The notes under the pieces are model-generated. The model ran no database searches and had not been told where the DNA came from. It saw only the letters and a program-made list of their open reading frames with translations. Positions 11,291 to 22,601 of a stretch of 64,000 bases of DNA are shown here, piece by piece. A program made the translations under genes and the position numbers. The stretch's first letter is position 1, and each line of letters starts with the position of its first letter. Source of the DNA: Sphyrna mokarran (lineage: Eukaryota). The stretch is taken from NCBI GenBank assembly GCA_024679065.1, contig JAGIQG010000003.1, positions 48,360,001-48,424,000 of the forward strand, read 5' to 3'.

Positions 11291-11990
11291 AACAACAATG
11301 TATGTTTGGATAGCACCTCTAATGTAGGAAAAGATCCCTAGGCTCTTATTAGAAGCATAATTAGACAAAAATCAACAGCAGGCTAAGTATGATTCTTGAA
11401 GGGAAAAAGTTCATTTAAGAGGGTAAATTTTATGGCTGAAATGGAGGTTGAGGGGGAAAAGGATAGAGCTTAAGTAGAGCTTAAAGGTAAAGCTTAAGTC
11501 CAGGCAGTTGAACACACACCCATTAATGATATGACAAAGAGGTTACAAGCACAAAATGGAATGCAGAGTTCTTGGAACTCTGTGGGGCTAGAGAAAGTCA
11601 TAGAGATAGAAAGGTATACAAGACCATGAAGCAATTTATGCATGTGGACAATAATTTCTAATTTGAGGCACTGGGAGATTGGAAGACAATGTCAAACAGC
11701 AAATTCAGTGGTAATAAATACAGATAACATCCAACAGCTTTGAATAAACTAAAATTTTTGGAGAGTGGGAGAAGGGAACAGTGGAATTGTCAATATCAGA
11801 TGTAATGAAGATTTGAGCAACAGTTGGGCTGAGGCAGGGGTAGAGCTTTGCAAAAATACAGTAATGAAAGAGGATATGAGGTTGGAAAATCAATCCAGAA
11901 TCAAAGGGGACACAATGGTTATGAATTATCAAGCTCCAACCTGACATAGTAGTGAGGAAGGAGGTGGCATTAGTAACCAGAGAAAATCTA
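11291..11990 (-). mobile_element. Old L2 LINE 3' fragment
   Basis: ORF 11705-11947(-) HYCIFAKLYPCLSPTVAQIFITSDIDNS resembles L2 ORF2 HLRNIARLRPCLS...FVTSRLDYSN; L2-type tail near 11295. Confidence 0.75.
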
Positions 11991-13199
11991 GCAGAAGACT
12001 TACCTACAATTTATTTTCCCACCTTTCCCCCACCATAATTATGCCAATGATGGTGTGGCACTGGACAACCTGCTTACAGGTAGGCCAGTTGTTTAACCAT
12101 TTAAAGGCCTCCTCTCACTGCTACTGAGATTTAACAGTAGCAGGAAAGACCTATAAGAGCAGCAAGGGGAGGGTTATGTCCTTAACCAGCCCTCTTAACC
12201 CACAAGAGAACATCGCTAATGTTATACTTCCTCACCCCCACCAAATTGCCCTCTCCTCAATGCCACTCAAACCCAAACCCCTACCTCCTCTCCACTGTCT
12301 CTGGAGAATGCAGTTTGACATCACCAAAAATGTATCCAAATCCTGATTCAACATAGCACATCTCTGTCCCAAAATCCTGGTGGGTTGGTATCCTCTGATT
12401 GGCTAGTTGGTCTCTGAGGTGAAAATTCCTGATCTAGAAAGGTGGAAGCCCATTAGAAATTGTTAAACTGCTGCAAGACAGTCAATGTTCCCCTTGGTGG
12501 TCTTCTCCACCTTTTTGCTGAGGTGAGATGGGGGATGATATCAGGGAATCCGGTGCCTTGTATAATTCAATTCAATGCAAAAGTCCCTATCTGAAGTTTG
12601 CTACATACTATGACAATCTCCATTAAGAAGTCTGAAACTAATTTGGCTTCACATTAGTTACATTAGTCACCTTTGCTCGTTCAAATGTGGAGTTTTAAAA
12701 ATAGTTGCAACTAGAATCAGTCTCAGGAAAGGTAGAACCAGTAGGATTTTTGACAGAGTGCTAATACAACATGGCCAGTTCACAAAATAGTATCAAATAG
12801 AAGGAGCTGGGTTCAAGAATTGTTCAACTCGTTCTGTCACAATTTAATGACATAACAAAGAGACATTGAGCTAGCAGAATTTGGTCCTGCCTTAAATCCA
12901 TTTCAAGAGTTTGGGGACCTTTATCTTTAATCTTTTTAATCTTAATAGGGAGCTGACTATCATACCAGCTATTTGTTCATTTTAAAATTTAACCAGATGT
13001 ACAAATTCAATGTTCAAACACAAGGGTCACCTCAGAACACAGAGTGTATCATCGGCCCCAACTTCCTTTTAGAAGTTGGACTTACACAAGTATCTATGTT
13101 ATATCAACAAATAAGGACCAATCAAGAATTATATCCCTTGTCTTCAGTTCTCTACCTAAAGGTAGACCCAATCCATCGTTGCCACAATTTGCACCATGG

Positions 13200-13380
13200 A
13201 CAAGAGGCAACATTCAACACAACATTTAAGAAGCACTTAGATGAGCACTTGAAATGCCATAGCAAACAAGGCTATGCATCAAGAGCTCGAAAATGGGATT
13301 AGAATAGATAGGTGATTGATGGCTGGCACAGACACATTGGGCCAAAGGTCTCTTTCTGTGCTGTAAACTTCTATAACTTC
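13200..13380 (+). mobile_element. CR1 LINE 3' tail
   Basis: ACATTTAAGAAGCACTTAGATGAGCACTTG...TGGGCCAAAGGTCTCTTTCTGTGCTGTAAACTTCTAT. Confidence 0.8.
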
Positions 13381-13699
13381 ACAGCTGAAACTTTACAGCT
13401 GTTCATGATGGCAGGATCTTCTGGTCTTGCCAATGGCACACTTCACCATGGGTTACTAGGCAGCAAAGGTTGCATTCAATGGGAAATTGAGTTGACAATA
13501 GCCAGGAGGTCCCTCCACCTGACAATGGAGGGCTGTCTGTGCGAAGTGAAAATCCATCTCTTACTCTAAGGCAGATCTGAAATACAACGCAACCAGAATG
13601 GAATCTAACTCCATGCTTCTGGCACCAATCTGCTCGACATCTAACAGTCATCTAACCAACTGAGCCAACAGTCAGGCATTCACACTGCTGTAGCAACAT

Positions 13700-13969
13700 G
13701 CATTTTTACACCAATCTCGTAGTTCAGTGCTATGGACAGTGATGGTAGAGGCTCCAATTTTCTTTTCTATCACATGGCTGACCAGGAATCTTTTTCATTC
13801 TTCATGCATACCATTGATGTACGTTGGAAAGATTTTGCAGATTAACACTCAACCTGTTCATCTGTATCAAGGACACATCTTCCTTTGCCAACAAATCCTG
13901 GACTGGGACATGAAGCTAGACCTTCCAGTTCAGAGGACAGGACACCACCCACTATACAACAAGACCTCC
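13700..13969 (-). mobile_element. tRNA-derived SINE, unnamed family (copy 2)
   Basis: GAAAGATTTTGCAGATTAACACTCAACCTG...CAAGACCTCC, homologous to 5546-5846. Confidence 0.7.
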
Positions 13970-14214
13970 AGTACTATCATAATGCTTTAAAATTCAGCAG
14001 TTTTTTTACGAATTGGGCTGTATTGATGCTTTTGTTTGTTTAATACATACTATTTTAAGGATCCCCATAAATGCTAAATCCTCTTAATTCATTAAATATT
14101 ATCACATAAACAAACATACTTTTGTAACACGCCTTGCCTATCCTGAGAACAATCAACTGACAGGAAATTATTGACATAGAAAGAGAAAATGGTCTACAAT
14201 GTTAATGAGTTTTT

Positions 14215-14495
14215 AAAGTTTATTTACAAGTCACGAGTAAGACTTACATTAACATTGTAACAAAGTTACTGTGAAATTCTCCTAATCACCACAGTCCGGC
14301 ATCTGTTCTGGTTAATGCACCTAACCAGCACATCTTTCAGAATGTGGGAGGAAACTGGAGCACCCAGAGGAAGCCCACACAGACATGGGGAGAACATACA
14401 AACTCCACACAGATGGTGATTCAAACCAGGAACCAAACCCGTGTCCCTGGTGCTTTGAAGTAGCGATGCTAACCAATGTACTGCCAGGCCGTCCC
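14215..14495 (-). mobile_element. HE1-like V-SINE with non-HER1 tail
   Basis: TGTGGGAGGAAACTGGAGCACCCAGAGGAAGCCCAC (V-domain, reverse complement) plus tRNA head and the same tail as 7670. Confidence 0.92.
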
Positions 14496-17400
14496 ACAGT
14501 TTTGTCCACACAAGAGATGAAACTAACTTTCCTGTCAACAGTCAGATTTGTCATTCCTTAACATTATGACTCTTATCTGAAGCCCAGTCTTCAAGCAACA
14601 AGTTTATTCTTTATCCGGACATTCAATTAGTACAGAACATGTCAGATATTTTACTATAAATCAGGATATTTTGTGTACACAACTTTGTAGTTTTCCTTCA
14701 TTTGAAGTGAATTCCTTACCTTTGGTTTCCTGGCGCATCAATGAACGAGTCTATCCTGACTGCCTGTACTCCTACATTTTGCTTGTCTGGTTTCTCCAAT
14801 TTCCCTTTTCATGTAGGGTAATGCCACAGTCTTCACTGGAGACCTTATTTTGGAGGGCTTTAACAAAAAAACCCAACAAATATAGGAACAATCTTATATT
14901 CAGCCCATAATGTAATGTCACAAATCACCTGGAAATATTGGGCGAAATTTTGTGTAGGTGAGAGCTGGTGGCATTCGGACACTTGACAGGCCAGAAGCCG
15001 ACAGCTCTATTGATGAACAACAGCATCAGGGAAATGTTGGCTCTTGCTAGTATGTCACTAGCAAGAGCTAAAATCCTCACTGGGTCCCAAGCCAGAAATC
15101 AGAGCGAGTGATGACAGGTTGGGCGTCATAGGGGAAAGGGTTTGGCAATAAGTACAGGATAGTGGATTCTTAATGCTTGGTCTCTTGATCAGGCATGAAG
15201 TGTCTCTGAACAAGTAACGCAGCTTGGAGCATGGCAGCAACACTGCAAGTGTTTGTCTGTTGTGTTCCCTGCACGTGGGTCGCCCAATATGGGTTAACAC
15301 CAATGGCAGTGGGGTGAGGCCCATGAGTGAGTAGTAATTAACTATTTCAGAGCCTTAATTGTCAGTTGGGAAGGCTGTCCTCAAATCTTTTCACCACAAA
15401 ATCAGATAGAGCAGGAATTTGGTAGGGTTCCCACACCCCACCCTTCTGTCTGATTAAATGTCATTCCTCATGCCCCCCCCTCCCCCAACAACAGAGCTTC
15501 ATTTTTAACAATAGTGAAATCTAAACTTAATCCATGTGTTTGTTGAATTCAATATTTAGTTTTTTTATACATATAAAATGATTCTTTTGTATCCATCACC
15601 AGGGAAGTTAGCTAAAATTGTTGTCATCATTTTGAACTATTTTATTTTTATACTATTAACTGGAGGTTCCAACTGAGTTGCACAATTTCTTGTGTTCCAT
15701 TCTATTCTCAGAGAAATCAAAGCTCTGAACATTTTTACTTAAATGGTTTTGCCAACTTTTTCTCACTTAAACTTTTAATGTTGTGTAAGAGATCATTTGC
15801 TGTTACCTTTCATCTAACAATTAGTGTCAGAGGGCTCCGGTGATGTGGTTCGAATTATTGTTAAAGAAATTTGCTTTACAGTATGCCCAGCCAGACAATG
15901 ACAAGTGAAGGGGAGAAAGTCGCGAGGCCATCTCTGTCTGGCGGTCTCATCCTGATGCCAAGATATATGATACTGGTTCAGACATAGTTAAATTGCCAAT
16001 ATTATACTGGTGAGGCACTAAAACCATTTCATTGTGACATATACAATGTGTAGAGTAATTATCGTAGAATGGAGTTTTTGTACTTTATTCAAATCTTTGA
16101 AGTTTACCTTTGGAAGAAACTATTTAAATGAAAAGGTCATTAGAAGTCCACATACTGTTCAGTTTCCAAGTAAAACAAATTATTAATATTGTTTACATTG
16201 ACTATCTAACAGTGTGTACATAACTTTAATGTAAATGACTGAGATATATTACAAAAGACATTCTTCCACTGATTTAATGGACACATCCAAAGCGACATCT
16301 TGAACAGCAAAGATCAAATTGTGCATACAAATAACTAATGGCAGGGTATATTATGAATTCAAACATCACAGAAAACTGTCAAGTAATATTTACATAATAA
16401 AATTGCACAATAAAATAGTACATTAATATAAAGAGTGTAATGTATATTTTTATACTAAATTCTGAGACACACTGAGAATTTTCAGTTTCATTTATTTATG
16501 CCATTTTTGAAACAAACTTTTTTTTAGCACTGATTACTCTTAAAGTTGTAATTTAGTGTTTTGGGTGAAGGATTGCTTGGACTGCTTTGTGTAGCGATAA
16601 ATAAAAAAGAGTGCATTTGTAATCTTGTTACAAATGGACACCAGGCTGAATCTTCCATTACTTCTGCATATTAAAATAATTTCCTTTTACAGCTCTAATT
16701 CAGAGACAGTAAGTTTCTTATCATGAACAACTCCTCATGTTGCTGTAACATAGGAAACAACACAAGTAAGAGTTCAAATCACCAAGCCTCCTTTGTGCAC
16801 TTCCTAGGATTATCTTTGTTCCTTTTCTAGCAAGGTTCAAGCTTTAAGTTTCCACTTCACCAAGCTGCATAAGGCTGGAGACGGGCTGTTAGCTCATCTT
16901 TTCAACTAATCAACGAAGGAAAGAGCATTGATGAAAAAATAACCATTGTTACAAATTAATTTCAAAATGTTTTTGGACACAAAAAATATTACAAGAAATG
17001 ATCACAAAATCATTCCTGGAAAGTTTTTAGTATCTTCCAAACACTTAGCATTTGTGTATAAATGATTCCGCCGCAATATGAAAGGGTGAGATTGAATTTG
17101 TGCCTCTAAAAAGCTCAGTTTCAAGCAAGACACTGTAGAGTTCAAAATATATTGGGCTTCTTTACAAAACAGCTCAGCCTTCATAATATTTCACTTTCAA
17201 AGCTAGAAACCATTCGTGCTACACTGCAAAGTTTTGGACCTCAATATCCTTCAGGGGCAGATTTATGCATGTTTTTGTAAACCATGAAATCAAGTAACTG
17301 GATGTTATTCACAAAATTGCTTTTTAAAAGAGATGGTCTGACCAAGTCCCAGTGAAAAGAAAAACTCAATTTAATATGATCCTTTTACCGCAAAGATTTT

Positions 17401-20400
17401 AATGCCCAGCAGTTTGAATTCAGAATAAAGAATTCATTTCCGAAACTGGTGTGTGTTTTACACCGAAACACCACTGTCTTTTTTAAATAGAGTAGTCACC
17501 AATCCTGTCAAATCTTTTTGTGGTTATCGCTCCTATTCCTTTAGTTGGGTCACTTTGTTTTCTGCTCATTAGCAGTAATACTACCTAGGCAGAAAATCAG
17601 TAGTCCATAAACTAAAAGCTTCTTTGGACGCCAAATTACCCCACTAATAGTGTAAAATCAATTAACACCTCCTGGGACATCATTATTGTCACATTATGGC
17701 ACCTGATATCCTCCAGGACCAATAAGTGATTTATGGAAATTCAAATCATATGCCTCAGAAAAACAAACAATGAGGATTACAGAGGAACTCCTAAAGAAAT
17801 GTGAGAGATGCATACAACGGTAAAACACCCTGGAGCAAACTGATTAATTTCAGTTTGCTAGATGTTGCGATATGTTTACTTACATTGTTACTGATGATAA
17901 TACGAGGGTTGTTATGTCAAATCCCTGTCAAAACACTACCTGCATACTTTACCCCATGTTTTTGGCCACATCAGGGTGCTTTTAATTATGGCGATGCTGT
18001 CTGACATGATCTGATATCCCTGTATAAAGATACATTCTTTGTTAGCAATGATCTTAGTTTCAGACTCCTTGGTGTATTTGCAACCATGGCAACAGAATAG
18101 TAAGCTAAAGCCAATGAAATAACCAGAAAGTCTCATAGCAATTGTATTTCATAAGGACACAAGTTCCCAAGGGTGGCAATTCACTGTTTCCCCGCCTATT
18201 AGAATATTTAATAAACACTCCTCATCAGAAACACAAGCTCTTTGCATAGAAGTGTTGTAAATGTTTTTGTGTACTGCACAAAACCAACTGATTTAAGATG
18301 AGCAAAGATTTGTGTTAATGTAATTAGCACACAATCCCTCTGCAATCCTGCTTCCAATTGAGTATGTATAGATACCAAATGTAAATTGAATGAATCTCAG
18401 ACTCACAGTTCTTTAATTTAAATGTTACAGTTAATTGAACTTAGTCTATAGTGTTTGTTCAGAGCACTCAAGCCTCACGTACCCATGCGATACCTGGACT
18501 GGTTTGTGTGGGATCACAGACAATCAGGAGTGTTGCTGCTGCGGAAAGAGTCAGTCATTAGGTGTAAAATGCTAATTAAGCCATTATAATGGGTAAATGT
18601 CAAGTCAGAAATGTAGCTAAAATGGAGTAAAATAGTCCAGACCATGAGAATAACAGGACATGCCTGTTTAGACTGTAGAATAAATTCTATTTTAATGGAT
18701 CTACAGCTGCAAAACAGAAATGCAAACCTCAAAAAAGAACAATACAGGGAAAAGACCTCTCATCCTCGCACTCACCAGCTGGTGGGGCTATTGTGCCATG
18801 TCATTTGTGGATTACACACTTCATCTTCTAGGTCATATTTTGCACAGTTTATTAATTTTAGCAAAAAAAGTAAGTGAATATAAAGAGAGATGATACATTG
18901 ATCAAATTGTTCATCTTTTGTTTAGCATTCCTTTGAGAAGTCTTGCCCCTCCAAAAATGGATAAATGAACATTCATGAGAAGCTTTGAATAGCAAAGAAA
19001 GTGTTACAACATAAGACAAATGAGAAATAGAGATACCTGAGCTGTGGTATTCAAGATTGTTCATAGTTGAAATTGTGATTGCAACCAAAGTGCAGTACTG
19101 ACTTACCTTCCTCTCTCATTTTCCATTTTCTCTCAAGAGCACAAAAAAATCAGAGCAGAGTAGGCCACCCAGTTCCTTGAAGTTGTTCCACCACTTAATA
19201 ACCGCATTGGGCAGAACCTTTTGGTTCCATCAGGAGCACAAACAAAGATAAGGGACACTGAAAAACAATGTCCCTCGTGGGGCTAGTGTGGCAATTTCCC
19301 TGTTGCCATTCTTGCCATCAGGTTGGAAGCACTTTTTAGGATCAAGCAGGAGACTCTTTGGAGGTTGGAGTAAAGCCAATCCTGGAAACTCATCCAATTC
19401 AGCAGTAAGGTCAATTGAACAAATTGAGAAACATGTTGAGCACTTGTTGAGGGATTTTGGTACTGACACATGGATTCTATCTTGAGACAGAGGCAGACCA
19501 GATTCATGGAGGTGGCAAAACAATGGGAACCAGTCATGGCTGACTCCCTGAAATTAGGTCAGCTCTTACAAGAGAGCTCAATTGAAAAAGGCACTCAACC
19601 ATTGGCAAACAGGTGCTGTCAAGTGTCCGTAGTTTGCACAGAAAGTATTTAAAAAAACATTCAGGCAATGCAGGGGTTTGTAACCCTCCTAGCATGAGAA
19701 GGGCACAAACAGAGGGGGTGAAAATTTTACAAGTTATTGGGAATCTAGCTGAGTGCAAGGAAGCCAGCTGCTAATAAATGCAACTTGACTTTCAGATTTT
19801 GGATCCAGCCACAATGAGAAACAATATTCCCACAGGAGAGGTTGAGCCTTGATTATAAAGACAGAGAGAGACAAGGGACAGGAAGACAATGGAAGCTTTA
19901 CCCCTCAGCATAAGATCTAGTGAAAGCTGATGCTACCTAGACATCTAGAGAAGCAGTGCCACAGAAAACTGTGATTCTCCAGACAGATGGTCACAGAGAT
20001 TTTTTTCCTTTGTGATGGGAGGTCCCATGTCTTCCTGCACTGCTCATCATTTCCTGCCAGTAGCTACCTAAGTTCCACGGTCCTGGACTTCCCCACCACT
20101 GCCTTGTTACAAGGTTCAGCTGCGGCTTCTCTGAAACGCACACCATTGCATTTCAGTGGTCACTGGTGCCCTATTTGGAAAAGCTATGTAGTCCATTTGA
20201 TTCCAGACAAATGGGGCCTAGCTGGCAATGGCAGCAGTGGAGATTGCCATTCATCCTCTGACAGTCCAGGCTGCTGAGGCTCTTGGTTCCATCTCCCAAA
20301 GCACTGATCCAGTCATGTTTCAGCAGAGACTTGTGATGTTCAAGATTTAATGGTCTGGAACTCACTTTGTGCTGCCTGTGAGAAGACTTCCATTAAAGAC

Positions 20401-20822
20401 ACAGCCTAAAATAGATTCACTCTTATCACCGATCAATAATGCAGATCTGTCCAATGATTTTGCTGTCCCCTTGAACTTCAAAAACCTTTGTTTTCCTTTA
20501 TCATCTCTTTTCCAGGCTCATCAATAGGGAGTGAAAATTTACATAGTTGGCATCTCATGCCAATATTTCCACTGTGCTGAAACAGAGAAGTACATATGTA
20601 TATGTGAAGCACATTTGTAGTGCCACACTACATAATGGAGGGTATTCTCTACATGAAGATGATTCCTCTCCACAAGGACTAGGTGATGGTCATTCCTATG
20701 AATACTCTCATGGACAGAGCATCTGTTACAGGCAGTTGGGAAGAATAGGGTCAAGAAATATTTTCTTCTTCTTGGTCACCACCTGCCACTCATCCAGTCT
20801 AGCAGCTATGCCCTTTAAAACT

Positions 20823-20976
20823 CAGTAAGAAGTCTCACAACACCAGGTTAAAGTCCAACAATTTATTTGATAGTAAACCCATTTTACTATTAAATAAACT
20901 TGTTGGACTTTAACCTCATGTTGTGAGACTTCCTATTGTGTTTACCCCAGTCCAACACCAGCATCTCTACATCATG
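20823..20976. mobile_element. Penelope-derived mini hairpin insertion with 3' tail
   Basis: ~55-bp arms CAGTAAGAAGTCTCACAACACCAGGTTAAAGTCCAAC.../...GTTGGACTTTAACCTCATGTTGTGAGACTTCCTATTG, 5-nt loop, ~38-nt tail; flanking duplication CTTTAAAACTCAG / CTTTAGAACTCAG. Confidence 0.88.
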
Positions 20977-21568
20977 ACTTTAGAACTCAGCCAGATTGGT
21001 CAATAGTAGTGCTGCTAAACCACTCTTGGTATGGTATTCTGCATGTTTGCCACACTGTGCTTTTGCCAAATGGTTTTCAACATGGAGGATTGCTGATTCA
21101 TCAGTTGAGTTCCAGGGAGGTGGAGAGAGGCAGTAGGTGGTAACCAGCACATGGCTTCCTCAGCTATGTTTGACCTGATGAAATGAGCCTTCATAGAGTC
21201 TAGAGCCGATGTAAAGGACTCCTAAGCCAACTCTTTACTGTATACCATTGTGCCACTGGATTTTATGAAGCAATCCTGCTGAAGGTACAGGGCGTACCCA
21301 GGGATGATGACCCATTGTCTGTAAGGTGTGATTCTGTAAGTATGACTATATAAGGCTGCTACTTTTTCATAGGTCAAAGTATTTTGGCCAAAAACCTCAG
21401 CTGTGAGTAAGAAGGATTTTGCAGGATTGACAGAGTTGGGTTTGCTACTGTCATTTCCGGTGCCTCTGTCAATGCCGGGTGACATCTCTGGTTTCATTCA
21501 TTTTAGACATCATAGCAATTTGCAACAATTTATAATTTATAACAATGTTCAATGGTTTCATAGAATAA

Positions 21569-21830
21569 GGGCAGCATGGTAACACAGTGGTTAGCACTGC
21601 TGCCTCACAGTGTCAGAGACACAGGTTTGATTCTCGTCTTGGGTGTTTATATGTGTGGAATTTGCAAGTTCTCCCCATGCATGTGTGGGTTTGCTCCCAC
21701 AATTTGATACATGTGCTGGTCAGGTGCATTGACCCGAACAGGTATCAGAATGTGACGACTGGGAGAATTTCATAGCAACATCATTGCAGTGTTAATGTAA
21801 GCCATACTTGTGACTAATAAATAAACTTTA
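21569..21830 (+). mobile_element. HE1-like V-SINE with non-HER1 tail (internally deleted)
   Basis: GGGCAGCATGGTAACACAGTGGTTAGCACTGCTGCCTCACAG head; tail CATTGCAGTGTTAATGTAAGCCATACTTGTGACTAATAAATAAAC. Confidence 0.9.
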
Positions 21831-21948
21831 CTTTTTTACTTCACCTTCTTTGCCTTTTTAAACAACTGAGTGCCTTGCTAGGTCATTTCAAAGGACGGTT
21901 AAGAGTCACTCCCATTATAGTGAACCTGGAGTCACATGCGGGTCAGAC

Positions 21949-22307
21949 TTTTTTTTATTCATTCATGGGACACAGGCATCACTGGCTAGCCAGCATTTAT
22001 CACCCATCTCTAGTTCCTGAGGGCAGTTGAGTCAACCACATTATTGTGGCTCTGGAGTCACAAGGAGGCCAGACCAGGTAAGGATGGCAGGTATCCTTCC
22101 CTAAAGGACATTAGGATTCCAGATGGGTTTTTCCAAAAGTCAACAATGTTTCATGGTCATCAATAGATTCTTAATTTCAGATTTTTTTTATTGAATTTAA
22201 ATTCCACCAGCTGCTGTGATGGGATTCGAACCCATTAGTTCATAGAAGATTAGTTGAGTCTCTGGGATTGATAGTATAGCAATAATACTACTGGACCATC
22301 ACCTCCC
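21949..22307 (-). mobile_element. tRNA-headed SINE with LINE-B tail ('SINE-B'), inserted into a homologous sequence
   Basis: Minus-strand head GGGAGGTGATGGTCCAGTAG...GGTTCGAATCCC; tail CTAGAGATGGGTGATAAATGCTGGCTAGCCAGTGATGCC...GAATGAATAAAAAAAA matches the LINE-B tail. Confidence 0.85.
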
Positions 22308-22546
22308 ACAAAGGATGGCAGGTTTCCTTTCCTAAAGGATACTTAGTGAATGAAATGGGCATTTACAACAATTCTTAATGGTTTCATGGACATATTACTG
22401 TAAATAGGTTACTAGTTCCTATTTATTAATTAAAATTAAATTGTATGAAATACCATGGTGGGATTTGAAGCCCTGTCCCTAAAGCATTAATGTGGATCTC
22501 TGGATTACCAGTTGTGACATTACCAGTTGCCACCATTTCCTCTTGT

Positions 22547-22601
22547 AGAAGAGAAAGAGAGAGCGGGGGAGAGACAGAGAGACAGACAGACAGACAGACA
22601 G
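22547..22601 (+). repeat. GA/GACA microsatellite
   Basis: AGAGAAAGAGAGAG...GACAGACAGACAGACAGACAGA. Confidence 0.9.

Larger units (their letters stand above)
20600..22542 (-). mobile_element. 5' part of LINE-B: tRNA-like head, 5' UTR and APE endonuclease region, interrupted three times
   Basis: ORF 21222-21497(-) IIPGYALYLQQD..GTMVYSKE and ORF 20539-20754(-) SIHRNDHHLVLVE..VVWHY are APE-type endonuclease segments; upstream pieces 21860-21948 and 22308-22542 end in a tRNA-like head. Confidence 0.75.

Noticed and set aside
15840-15990. CpG-retaining unique segment as a coding exon
   Set aside because: No frame gives a recognisable peptide with matched splice sites; non-coding constraint cannot be judged by eye
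19280-19680. Another Harbinger Myb ORF (MEVAKQW)
   Set aside because: Similarity limited to a few residues; cannot be supported without a profile search
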